DNA of 64,000 nt, taken from the NCBI GenBank assembly GCA_963790305.1, contig CAWBOC010000002.1, positions 160,001 to 224,000 of the forward strand, read 5' to 3'. Positions 27,841 to 36,935 of the stretch are shown here, one piece after another (position 1 is the stretch's first letter; the number at the start of each line of letters is the position of its first letter). The stretch is from an uncultured Gemmatimonadaceae bacterium. Its GTDB lineage: Bacteria > Gemmatimonadota > Gemmatimonadetes > Gemmatimonadales > Gemmatimonadaceae. The notes beneath the pieces are model-generated. The model was not told the origin of the DNA and searched no databases. It saw nothing but the letters and a program-made list of their open reading frames with translations. The position numbers were made by a program, and so were the translations under genes.

Positions 27841-29682
27841 TCAGTAGTCGACCGGGCGCAAATAGCTCTCCCCAATGGCATTCGGACTCACCATCGCGAC
27901 CGTCGGAAGGCGGCGCTTCCAGTGCGTTCCCTCGAGGCGCTGCCTGACGAGCTCCACTTCCTTGGCCTCGAAGCCGCGCGCCACCAGCTCCGCGGGCGCG
28001 TAGCCGCTCAGCAGCCACTGCAGAATCCGATCGGCCTTCTCGTAGGTGATCCCGAAATCGCCCTCGTCGGTCTGGCCGTGTACGAGGTCGGCCGTCGCCG
28101 GCTTTTCGACGATCGTCTTCGGAACCCCGAGATGACGTGCCAGCTGCCACACCTGGGTCTTGAACAGGTCGCCGAGCGGGTTCACTGGCGGCGAATCGTC
28201 CGCGTGCCAGGTGAAATATCCGAACAGCCGCTCCGTCTTGTTCCCCGTGCCTAACGGAATGGCCTGGTGCTTCGACGACAGGTCGAACAGCGCGATCATC
28301 CGAACGCGCGCCATCACGTTGCCGCGGCGACCCGGGGACGCGTCCGACTCGGCGGTGAGGTAGCCGTCCACCGCCGGTGAGATATCGAGCGTTCTCCCGG
28401 TGATGCCAAGCGCATCGATGACGAGCTGCGCGTGCTCCAGGCTCTCCTTGCTCGACGTGCGGTACGGCAGTCGCACGCCAATGACGTTTTCCGGGCCAAG
28501 CGCGCGCGCCGCGAGATACGCGGTGACCGCCGAGTCGACGCCGCCGGAAATGCCGATGATCCCCTTCGTAAAGCCGCGACGCTTCACTTCCTCCTGGATG
28601 AAGTGGACCAACCACTTCTCGGTGAGCTCACCGTCGATGTCGAGAGGCGGCGGCCCGCCCCCACCTTCCAGCGGAGTGGCCTGCACCACCCGCAGCGGTC
28701 CCCGCGCGGGCGGCTCCACATCGGGGTGCACCAACGCGTGATCGCCATTCTCGCTCGGCGGGTCGAACGCGAGTGGAGAGGCCTCACGAGTCTCCTTCGC
28801 CGTCAGGCTTTCCATGAGATGCGGCATCGCGGTGCGCAGATCGGCCAGCAGCGGCATGTCCGCGCGCGCGCGAGTGAGGTCGGCGAGATCGAGGGGCAGC
28901 GTCACCAGCGCCTCGTCCCACAATGGAGCGCGGGTGCGGATGTCGCCCTTGGGGCCCGAGATGAGCGACGCGCCGGAGAAGATCTTTCCCCCTTCACTCC
29001 CGGCGAGATTCGCGAACGACACGAATACCCCGTGCTCCTCGGCGATATCGCGAATGAGCCGCTCCCATCGCGCGACGCTGGCAGGCCCCGGGATGGCATC
29101 GTCGCGAGGCCACGCGCCGCGCGCTGGCGCCGCACTCGACACGAAGATCACCTGCGCGCCGTCGAGCGCCGCCAGCGTGCCCGACAGCGAATGCCACGCA
29201 TCCTCGCAGACGAGAATCGATGCCCGTCCCCATGGCGTGTCGAAGGCGTGGAACTCGTGACCGCGCTCGACGAATCGCTCCTCGTCGAACAGCCCGTACG
29301 TGGGCAGGAACACCTTGCGATGCACGTGCCGGACGTCAGGCCCCTCGGGCCCGAGCGTGACGTACATGGCGCTATTGAACAGTGTGTTCTGGAAGATCTC
29401 GTAAAAGCCGACGACGACGTCGAGACTCGAAAGCCCATTGGTCGCACCGCGCCACGTCTCCTGGAGATCGCGCGCGAGGGTTCCTGCCGTCACCGCGAGA
29501 TCGCGGACTCCCCCTTCCACGAAGTAGCCGGTGAGCGCGGTCTCGGGGAGATGAAGTACCTGCGGCCGTGGCCGCATCCCGTGCACCTGCGAGAACACCT
29601 CGCCGAGCCGCGTGAGGTTCGCGGCGTAGTCGCCCTTGGCGGGCTTGATCTGGGCGAGGGCTAGATGAACCAATGGCGCCAT
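27841..29682 (-). CDS. nadE: Glutamine-dependent NAD+ synthetase
   Basis: Nitrilase-like domain with E-K-C triad (LPE, HRK, CED) plus GISGGVDS, NVMARVRM, GTGNKTE, GDLFKTQV, QTDE. Confidence 0.95.
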   Translation of the reverse strand: MAPLVHLALAQIKPAKGDYAANLTRLGEVFSQVHGMRPRPQVLHLPETALTGYFVEGGVRDLAVTAGTLARDLQETWRGATNGLSSLDVVVGFYEIFQNTLFNSAMYVTLGPEGPDVRHVHRKVFLPTYGLFDEERFVERGHEFHAFDTPWGRASILVCEDAWHSLSGTLAALDGAQVIFVSSAAPARGAWPRDDAIPGPASVARWERLIRDIAEEHGVFVSFANLAGSEGGKIFSGASLISGPKGDIRTRAPLWDEALVTLPLDLADLTRARADMPLLADLRTAMPHLMESLTAKETREASPLAFDPPSENGDHALVHPDVEPPARGPLRVVQATPLEGGGGPPPLDIDGELTEKWLVHFIQEEVKRRGFTKGIIGISGGVDSAVTAYLAARALGPENVIGVRLPYRTSSKESLEHAQLVIDALGITGRTLDISPAVDGYLTAESDASPGRRGNVMARVRMIALFDLSSKHQAIPLGTGNKTERLFGYFTWHADDSPPVNPLGDLFKTQVWQLARHLGVPKTIVEKPATADLVHGQTDEGDFGITYEKADRILQWLLSGYAPAELVARGFEAKEVELVRQRLEGTHWKRRLPTVAMVSPNAIGESYLRPVDY

Positions 29683-29725
29683 CCCTCGAAAGATGGTCGT
29701 AACGCTGGGAACGGGCCAGTCCACT

Positions 29726-29761
29726 AGATGAACTTCCGCAGACGTCTGCGGAAGTTCATCT
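29726..29761. repeat. Perfect 36-bp palindrome
   Basis: agatgaacttccgcagac|gtctgcggaagttcatct. Confidence 0.95.
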
Positions 29762-31195
29762 CGTGATAAATGCAGGTGGCCTGATCGCCGTCACGCACGA
29801 GGTATCGATCCCCTGTGTGGCACCGCGGCTGATAAACTGGGCAACGATCGTCTCTACACAGGGATCTGCTCCCGCGTGCGCCATCCCCGGCACGACGAGC
29901 ACCGTTGCGTTAGGCAGCCCGCGGGCGACCGCCTCGGCGAATCGCGGAGGGGTCACCGGGTCGAGCGCGCCGACGACGAGCAGCACCGGCACCGGCGCGC
30001 CCGCGCTATTCCTTACGTCCGGTCGTCTCGCGTGCGGCCAGACATCGCACGCGTCCCGGTACATGCGGAGCCGATAGTCACCGAGGAAAGCGCCGCTCGC
30101 ATCGCGCGAAGGACTCATGTCGTCCACGCAGGCCGCGCTCAGGTGTGCGCCGGCATCGATCTGGTCGAATACCACGCGGCTCAGCTCATAGGCGAGCGCC
30201 ACGAACGGTGTCCAGTCGTTCTCGTGCGCCCGGTGGAGAGCCATCGGAATACGACGCGACAGGCGCGTCGAGTAGAGCATGATGCGCAGCCGATCGGCGA
30301 AGACGCCACGAGTCAGGCTGACGGTGATGCTGTCCTTCGACCGTGGATGCTCCACGCGCACGGACAGTGGTCCGCGGTCGAAGCGGGACAGCAGCGTGCT
30401 CAGCTCACGTCGCAGCGCAGGAAAGGAGGTGCGGCAGAACGGGTCGCCGGCGCAGTCCGCGAGGACGCGGTCGAGGGCGCCCTGTGCATCACGCGCGGCG
30501 GTGCGCGGGAGCGAAACGTCGTGAGGAATCGCCCCCTGTAACACGACCGAGCGTACGCGGTTGGAATACCGGGCCAGGTACTCGATGGCAACGCGGGTTC
30601 CGTAGGCGCTGGCGTCGATATCGATGAGCGGAACGCCAAGCCAGCCCCGCACCGCCTCGAGGTCATCGGCGGCGGCTGCGGTCGTGTACTGCGTGAGATC
30701 AGCCCGCCGCGCCAGACGTTGCGCGCACGCACGCACGGAATCCACGCGAAACTGGTCCCCGAGATACGTCGCAACATCCTCTCCGGTCCCGTACAGCTCA
30801 CAGGCAAGGGCGTTCGAGCCACCAGTTCCACGCTGATCGATGAGCACGACGTCGTGCGTCGCGCGTGTGGTCGCGTGGGATCCCGCGACGAGATCGGCGA
30901 GCGTGGTGGCGGCCAGTCCCGGGCCGCCGACGAGGTAAAAGAGCGCGTGACGTGGCGCGCCCGCGGGAGCGCGCGATGGGAGGATCACGACGCGCAGCGA
31001 GATCGTGCGCCCACCGCTCGTCGCGCGAGTCTCCGGCACTTCGACTGTCGCGCACCGCACTTGTTCGTCCAGGCCCGCCACGCGACATGGCGTTGTTGAC
31101 GGCGTCGATTGGGCGAGGCCGACGGTTACCGCACAGGCCCCGATAGCGACCATCGCTACGAGCCAACCTGCGTGACGTCCCGACATGGTCATCAC
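29756..31195 (-). CDS. Secreted alpha/beta hydrolase (TAP-like peptidase family)
   Basis: CATVEVP, GGPG, DQRGTG, DPVTP, GMAH. Confidence 0.85.
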   Translation of the reverse strand: MMTMSGRHAGWLVAMVAIGACAVTVGLAQSTPSTTPCRVAGLDEQVRCATVEVPETRATSGGRTISLRVVILPSRAPAGAPRHALFYLVGGPGLAATTLADLVAGSHATTRATHDVVLIDQRGTGGSNALACELYGTGEDVATYLGDQFRVDSVRACAQRLARRADLTQYTTAAAADDLEAVRGWLGVPLIDIDASAYGTRVAIEYLARYSNRVRSVVLQGAIPHDVSLPRTAARDAQGALDRVLADCAGDPFCRTSFPALRRELSTLLSRFDRGPLSVRVEHPRSKDSITVSLTRGVFADRLRIMLYSTRLSRRIPMALHRAHENDWTPFVALAYELSRVVFDQIDAGAHLSAACVDDMSPSRDASGAFLGDYRLRMYRDACDVWPHARRPDVRNSAGAPVPVLLVVGALDPVTPPRFAEAVARGLPNATVLVVPGMAHAGADPCVETIVAQFISRGATQGIDTSCVTAIRPPAFITR

Positions 31196-31286
31196 TCAAT
31201 CCTGACCGAGCGTGTCGATCGTCACAAGGCATCGGCTGGGCGCAATGATACCATTCGGGTCCCTTCGGGGTATTTTTCCAGATCCA

Positions 31287-33323
31287 ATGACTCGCTCGAC
31301 CGTGACTTCTTATCGCCCGCTCGTTCTGTGCGCGCTCCTGGCGCTTTCAGCGCCGTTGGCGCCTCGGCTCCTCGCGCAGGAAACGGAGAGCACCGAGCCA
31401 TGGCGGCTCATCCAGCCGCCGCAGTCATCGCTCGTCGTGGCGCGCGACGGCTCGCTGATCGGCGAGATCGGCAAGGAATGGCGGACGTCGGTCCCGATCA
31501 AATCGCTGCCGAAGTATGTACCTCAGGCCTTCGTCGCCATCGAGGACCATCGCTTCTACGAGCACGGCGGCGTCGACGTGATCGGCATCGCCGGCGCAAT
31601 CAAGGATGCCGTCACCGGCTCGCCGCGCGGGGCGAGCACCATCACCCAGCAGCTCGTCGGCAACATGCATCCGGAGGAGATCGACCGGCGAGATCGGTCG
31701 CTCAGCCGAAAGGTGCGTGAGCAGCGGGCCGCGATCGAGATGGAGAAGCGATACTCCAAGGATGAGATCCTGGAGGCGTATCTCAACCAGATCGCGTTTG
31801 GGCATGGATGGTACGGCATTGAAGCCGCCGCGCGTCATTACTTTGGCAAACCCGCCTCGCGACTGACGCTCGAAGAGGCCGCCACGCTCGCGGCGCTACC
31901 GAAGGGGCCCGCGATCTATGATCCGATTCGCCACCCTGACCGCGCCAGGAGCCGTCGCGACGAAGTGCTGGGTCGAATGGCGGCGAATGGCTTCATCACG
32001 CGCGCGCAAGCGGATGCGGCGAAGAAGCGTCCGCTGGTCGTCACGCCGAACATGGGGATGTCGGCGCCATCGCCCTATTTCGTCGACGTCGTTCGCTCGC
32101 AAGCGGAGCGTGCAGGCATACCGGTGATGAACGGAGGGTATCGCATCGTCACGACGCTCGATGCGCCGCTGCAAAGCGCGGCAGTCGAGGCGCTCACCGA
32201 GGGCACGCGCCGCGTCGAAGGCCTTCCGGGATACGGCCAGCCCACCTATGAGAAGCGCACTCGCGGTCAGACGGACTATTTGCAGGGCATGGTCGTGTCG
32301 CTCGATGCGCTCACCGGTGAGGTGCGCGCGCTCGTCGGCGGTCGCGACTACGCGGAGTCCCCGTTCAACCGAGCCGTCAACGGCGTCCGACAGCCAGGGT
32401 CGGCGTTCAAGCCGATCGTGTACGCCGCGGCCGTGACAGACAGCATTCCGGCGAACGCGATCGTGCCCGATACGGCGCTCGCGATTCCGCTTCCCGATGG
32501 CACGATGTACGAGCCGGGGAACGCCGACGACGAGTTCCTCGGTCCCATCACCGTGCGAGAGGCGCTGGTGCGGTCGCGCAATCCGGTCGCCGTGCAGCTG
32601 GGCCAGCTGGTGGGGATGGACTCTGTCGCGTCGTTCGCCCGGCGCATGGGTATCGAGTCAGCGGTTGTGCCGGTACCGTCATCGGCCATCGGCGCGTCGT
32701 CCCTCCGACCCATCGAGCTCGTTGCCGCGTATTCCGCGTTTGCGACGTTAGGCGTCGCGGTGGAGCCGCGCTACATCACGCGCATCGAAGACCGCACCGG
32801 TCGCACGGTCTGGACGCCGGAACCGAAGCCGCCGGCGCTAGCGATCGATCCGCGCGTCGCGTTCATCGTGCGTGACATGATGCGCGAAGCAGTGGAGCGG
32901 GGAACGGGCTCGTGGGTGCGACGCCTCGTGGACCCGCGCGTTCCGGTGGCCGGGAAAACGGGGACGACCAACGACAACACCGATGTCTGGTTCGTCGGGA
33001 TGACGCCGGAGCTGGTCGCGGGCGTGTGGCTCGGCTTCGATCGCCCGCGTCCGATCGCGCGCGGTGCCGGCGGCGGCACCTACGCCGCGCCGATCTTCGG
33101 GCAGATGATGGCGAAATACTACGAGGGCCGCGCGGTCGGCACCTGGGCGCCCCCCGCGGGGCTCGTCTCGGCGGAGCTCGACCGGCAGACGGGGCTGCTC
33201 GCCGACGCGTTCACGCCGGTGGAGCGACGCTACGTCGAGTATTTTCTCGAGGGCACGGAGCCAATCGAGCTACGGCCGACGCCTTGGATGATATTTCAGT
33301 ACGGACCATTGGGTGGCGATTGA
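31287..33323 (+). CDS. Class A penicillin-binding protein (PBP1A family)
   Basis: EDHRFYEHGG, GASTITQQ, SAFK, SRN, KTGT. Confidence 0.95.
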   Translation: MTRSTVTSYRPLVLCALLALSAPLAPRLLAQETESTEPWRLIQPPQSSLVVARDGSLIGEIGKEWRTSVPIKSLPKYVPQAFVAIEDHRFYEHGGVDVIGIAGAIKDAVTGSPRGASTITQQLVGNMHPEEIDRRDRSLSRKVREQRAAIEMEKRYSKDEILEAYLNQIAFGHGWYGIEAAARHYFGKPASRLTLEEAATLAALPKGPAIYDPIRHPDRARSRRDEVLGRMAANGFITRAQADAAKKRPLVVTPNMGMSAPSPYFVDVVRSQAERAGIPVMNGGYRIVTTLDAPLQSAAVEALTEGTRRVEGLPGYGQPTYEKRTRGQTDYLQGMVVSLDALTGEVRALVGGRDYAESPFNRAVNGVRQPGSAFKPIVYAAAVTDSIPANAIVPDTALAIPLPDGTMYEPGNADDEFLGPITVREALVRSRNPVAVQLGQLVGMDSVASFARRMGIESAVVPVPSSAIGASSLRPIELVAAYSAFATLGVAVEPRYITRIEDRTGRTVWTPEPKPPALAIDPRVAFIVRDMMREAVERGTGSWVRRLVDPRVPVAGKTGTTNDNTDVWFVGMTPELVAGVWLGFDRPRPIARGAGGGTYAAPIFGQMMAKYYEGRAVGTWAPPAGLVSAELDRQTGLLADAFTPVERRYVEYFLEGTEPIELRPTPWMIFQYGPLGGD

Positions 33324-33345
33324 GACAGATCTCTGAACGGCGAAG

Positions 33346-33443
33346 ATGTCAGATGTCAGAGTACAGAATTCAGAATTCGGAATGCGCCGGTCCAGGACCC
33401 GAGCAGTCTGAATTCTGAATTCTGTACTCTGACATTCTGACAT
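33346..33443. repeat. Inverted tandem-repeat hairpin, ATGTCAG / CAGAATT units
   Basis: atgtcagatgtcagagtacagaattcagaattcgga ... tctgaattctgaattctgtactctgacattctgacat. Confidence 0.9.
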
Positions 33444-33468
33444 TTCTGCGGTTCCCAACCACACGCGC

Positions 33469-34221
33469 ATGCGCACTCTCCTTCTAGTCATGTTGGCGGC
33501 GCTGGCCTGCGCCCGTCAGCCCACGCCGGCTCCCACGCCTTCGGCTCCGTCGATCACGACCGCGGAGCAGCTCGTCACGGCCATGCACGATCGATATGCG
33601 GGCAAGTGGTATTCGACGCTCGCTTTCGTGCAAAAGAACACGCGCTATCTGGGCGATGGGCGGACCGATACGTCGACGTGGAGCGAGGTGCTGAGCTTGC
33701 CGGGGAAGCTGCGCATCGACGTGGAGCCCCGCGCGAATGGCAACGGCAACATCTATCGCAACGATACGGTGTACGTCTTCAACAACCGCCGGCTCGTCAG
33801 GCAGGCGCGTTCGCCGCACCCGCTGCTCCTGCTCGGATTCGACGTCTACTTCATTCCCGTCGAGCGGTCGATCTCCGGGCTCCGCGAGATCGGCTTCGAT
33901 TTGGCGCGCATGCACGAGGCAACCTGGCAAGGACGTCCCGCCTACGTGGTTGGCGCGTCGGCGGGCGATGGTCGTACCCGTCAGTTCTGGATCGATCGCG
34001 AGCGACTCGTCTTCGTGAGAATGATCGAGCCGTCGCGACGCGACACGACGAAGACCGCCGAGATCCGGTTCAACCGGTATTATCAGGTCGGAGACGCCTG
34101 GCTTTCCCCCGAGGTCGAGTTCCTGATCGACGGGGCTCGCGACTTTCTCGAGGAGTACACCGAGATCCGGACGGGGGTGCCGGTCGCGGATTCCGTGTTT
34201 GATCCCGCGCGGTGGAGATGA
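33469..34221 (+). CDS. Hypothetical lipoprotein
   Basis: Lipobox ALAC; PGKLRID, QFWID; good codon bias. Confidence 0.8.
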   Translation: MRTLLLVMLAALACARQPTPAPTPSAPSITTAEQLVTAMHDRYAGKWYSTLAFVQKNTRYLGDGRTDTSTWSEVLSLPGKLRIDVEPRANGNGNIYRNDTVYVFNNRRLVRQARSPHPLLLLGFDVYFIPVERSISGLREIGFDLARMHEATWQGRPAYVVGASAGDGRTRQFWIDRERLVFVRMIEPSRRDTTKTAEIRFNRYYQVGDAWLSPEVEFLIDGARDFLEEYTEIRTGVPVADSVFDPARWR

Positions 34222-34246
34222 GGTAGACCCAGGTAATCAAGGGGTG

Positions 34247-34345
34247 TCGAGGTAATCGAGGTAATCGAGGTAATCGAGGTAATCGAGGTATTCGAGTAGG
34301 CGAGGGGAACGTCACCTCGATCACCTCGATCACCTCGACAACCTC
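34247..34345. repeat. Inverted tandem-repeat hairpin, TCGAGGTAA x5 / ACCTCGATC x3
   Basis: Read directly between convergent genes. Confidence 0.9.
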
Positions 34346-34348
34346 TCC

Positions 34349-34705
34349 CTACTTCGCGTACTTCCCAGCCCCCAGGAAATGCAACGACACGTACACCTCG
34401 TCCCCCTCGACCCAGCTGTCGTGCGGGTCGGACGGGACGTGGAAGAGCGTGCCGGGCAGGAGGTGGTGCACCTTCCCGTCCGCGAACTCCACCGTCGCGT
34501 GACCGGACACGACGAGACCCACGTGCTCGACGCTGCAGCGCTTCGCGCCGACACCGGGACCAACGTGGACCGACCACCGCCAACCCGGCTCGTACGTCGC
34601 GCGGCCGACGGTCATCCCGCCCAATGTGACGAGCTCGAAGCGGCCCTTCTCGAAGTGGCGGACCTCGTCGGGGGTCTCGAAGCGCTTGAGGATGAGGTCG
34701 TACAT
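34349..34705 (-). CDS. Cupin domain protein
   Basis: EPGWRWS, CSVEHVG, PHDSWVEG. Confidence 0.85.
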   Translation of the reverse strand: MYDLILKRFETPDEVRHFEKGRFELVTLGGMTVGRATYEPGWRWSVHVGPGVGAKRCSVEHVGLVVSGHATVEFADGKVHHLLPGTLFHVPSDPHDSWVEGDEVYVSLHFLGAGKYAK

Positions 34706-34815
34706 GGCGGGCTGAATGGGGTTGAGGGGTCGCGGACTACATTTGGCGCCCAGAGCACGGGACTTGCCTTTCTGAGGGCAGGAACTCGAGAATACTGCCG
34801 TTAGAGAGAGAGGAT

Positions 34816-35586
34816 GTGACGATGCGCCGGTCTCCCTTCCTTGGATTGCTGTCCGTCGCACTGATCGCGGCCCTCCCCCTTGGCTGCGGCGACGACGGCC
34901 CCACCGCCCTCGATGATAGCACGGACGGCCCGACGAGCCCGCAGGGGCCGCAGGCGGTGCCTCCGAATCTGGCGCCCACCGCTGTCGCCGGACCAGATCA
35001 GGCTGCGGAGTGCGCGTCGCACGCGGGCTCGAGCGTCACCCTCACCAGCGCCGGCTCGGGCGACAGCGACGGTCAAATTGCGCTGTACGAGTGGTTCGAG
35101 AACGGGAAGCGCATCGCGACCGGTCCCACGCCGACAGTCACGCTCGCGTTCGGCGAGCACACGATTCTGCTTCGCACGACCGACGACGACGGCGGGACGA
35201 ACGACGACGTCGTGGTCGTCGCCATCCGGGACACGCAGGCCCCGACGGTCTCCATGGTGGTGAGCCCCACGAGCCTCTGGCCGCCTAACCACACCATGCA
35301 CGTCGTGGCGCGCGGCGCCTCCGCGAGCGATGTCTGCGACCCCGCACCGGCGCTGCACTTCGCCATCACCAGCGATGAGGCTGCCAATGGGCTTGGCGAC
35401 GGGGACACCGCGCCCGATTGGGCGGTTCAGGCCGCTGGAGCGTCGGTAGCGGACGTGCTCGTGCGCGCGGAGCGTAGCGGCCTGGGGGACGGCCGCCTCT
35501 ACACGATCAGCGCGAGCGCGACCGATCGCGCAGGCAACAGCTCGGCCGCGGCAGTTGGCACGGTGACGGTGCCGCACAACCAGTAG
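34816..35586 (+). CDS. PKD/Ig-like domain lipoprotein
   Basis: PLGC lipobox, PTAVAGPDQ, DSDGQI..YEW, LWPPNH, DGRLYTI. Confidence 0.8.
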   Translation: MTMRRSPFLGLLSVALIAALPLGCGDDGPTALDDSTDGPTSPQGPQAVPPNLAPTAVAGPDQAAECASHAGSSVTLTSAGSGDSDGQIALYEWFENGKRIATGPTPTVTLAFGEHTILLRTTDDDGGTNDDVVVVAIRDTQAPTVSMVVSPTSLWPPNHTMHVVARGASASDVCDPAPALHFAITSDEAANGLGDGDTAPDWAVQAAGASVADVLVRAERSGLGDGRLYTISASATDRAGNSSAAAVGTVTVPHNQ

Positions 35587-35589
35587 CCG

Positions 35590-36393
35590 TCACGGCACCG
35601 AGTCGAGCACGCGCCGCTTTCCCATCGCATCAATGTCGAACGCGACGGCCTGGCGCCGTCGCGCTTCGGCGCCGCGAACCGTCGCCAGGGCTGTGTAGTA
35701 CTCCAGGTACGCGAACGACGAGATTCCCCCTCGCACGAACTCGTAGCTCGTCACCAGCTCGCGCCACTTGGCGAGCTGATCGCTGACGTCGACGTACAGG
35801 TACGCCTGAAACTGCTCGGCGTCTTCCCAGTTTTCCGCATACCAGAGACGCGTGCCACAATGCGCGGGCTCACCCTTCGAGCCCGCCTGGATCGCCGCCA
35901 GCAGCACCGCGTCGACCACGATGGCGTGCGCGGCCGCGTGATCGCGGTGAATGCTCTCCCGCCAATGCGTGATGATGAGCGTCGGCTTCACCTGACGGAT
36001 GACGTCGGCGACGTAGCGCCTGGCCTCGTCGGTGTTGGGCACTTCGCCATCGCGATACGGGGCGAAGATGACCTCCCCGCCTAACTGGCTCGCGGCTGCC
36101 TCCGCTTCCTTACGCTTCTGCGCGCCGTAGGCGGCGGCGGCGAGCTTGGGATTCCCGCGCTCGCCGAGGCTCAGGTGGAGAATGACGACGCGGTCGCCGA
36201 GCTGCCGCTGCTTGAGGAGCACCGCACCGGCAGTGAGCTCCATGTCGCCGGCGTGCGCGCCGACCGCCAGGATCGTTCGTGGGGCCTGCTGCGCAACCGC
36301 CGACGGCGCAAGCAGGCCGAGCACAAAGAGGGGAGCGAGGAACGAGGACGCAGCAATGCGCTTCCTTCCCCGTTCCTCACTCCTCGTTCTCAT
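35590..36393 (-). CDS. PIG-L family deacetylase, exported
   Basis: GAHAGDME, GERG, RKEA, HRDH; signal peptide. Confidence 0.88.
   Translation of the reverse strand: MRTRSEERGRKRIAASSFLAPLFVLGLLAPSAVAQQAPRTILAVGAHAGDMELTAGAVLLKQRQLGDRVVILHLSLGERGNPKLAAAAYGAQKRKEAEAAASQLGGEVIFAPYRDGEVPNTDEARRYVADVIRQVKPTLIITHWRESIHRDHAAAHAIVVDAVLLAAIQAGSKGEPAHCGTRLWYAENWEDAEQFQAYLYVDVSDQLAKWRELVTSYEFVRGGISSFAYLEYYTALATVRGAEARRRQAVAFDIDAMGKRRVLDSVP
36328..36391. repeat. Degenerate 7-mer (GAGGAAC / GTTCCTC) inverted tandem repeat inside the PIG-L 5' end
   Basis: gaggggagcgaggaacgagga ... ttccccgttcctcactcctcgttctc. Confidence 0.65.
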
Positions 36394-36470
36394 GAGAACA
36401 GGACCTCGCATCCCGCGGCGTTCGTGCACATCGGCACCAGCTCGATTCCGCGATAGGCTCACGGAGATGC

Positions 36471-36890
36471 TCAGAAACCTTCGGGCTCGAAGTTGGCCAC
36501 GAGATATGCGATGACCGCTACGGGCACCATCGCGAACAACGTCGCCTTCCCGTCGAGGCGTCGACGATGCACACGATCGGGTGCATCCGGGAGATAGCTG
36601 GTGCGACCCCGGAGTGCGTGCTCTCCGTGCGGCCGTTCGGCAGAGACGAGGTAGCTCTCACCCAGCACGAGTGTATCGCCGCGAAGAGCTACGACGCGTC
36701 CCATCACCGCGCTGACACTCCGATATGTTGCCGGGCCGCTGTCCGTCACGATCGATAGAGGGGTAGTCGTGGGAACGTCGATCCGAACTCGCGATCCTGG
36801 TGAGAGGTCACCGGCGGTGGCGGGGACGTAATGATGGCAGCCGGTGAACAGTGCCATCATGACGACGGCGGTTAGCCAACGTCGAGGCAT
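36471..36890 (-). CDS. Hypothetical lipoprotein
   Basis: GGAGGT RBS, FTGC lipobox, C-terminal hydrophobic helix. Confidence 0.7.
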   Translation of the reverse strand: MPRRWLTAVVMMALFTGCHHYVPATAGDLSPGSRVRIDVPTTTPLSIVTDSGPATYRSVSAVMGRVVALRGDTLVLGESYLVSAERPHGEHALRGRTSYLPDAPDRVHRRRLDGKATLFAMVPVAVIAYLVANFEPEGF

Positions 36891-36935
36891 CGATACCTCC
36901 CGTTAGGGTTACAGTGCCAATGTACAGACCCCGCG

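Noticed and set aside
34247..34345. Repeat arrays as CRISPR
   Set aside because: Units are 7-9 nt and contiguous with no spacers; no cas genes
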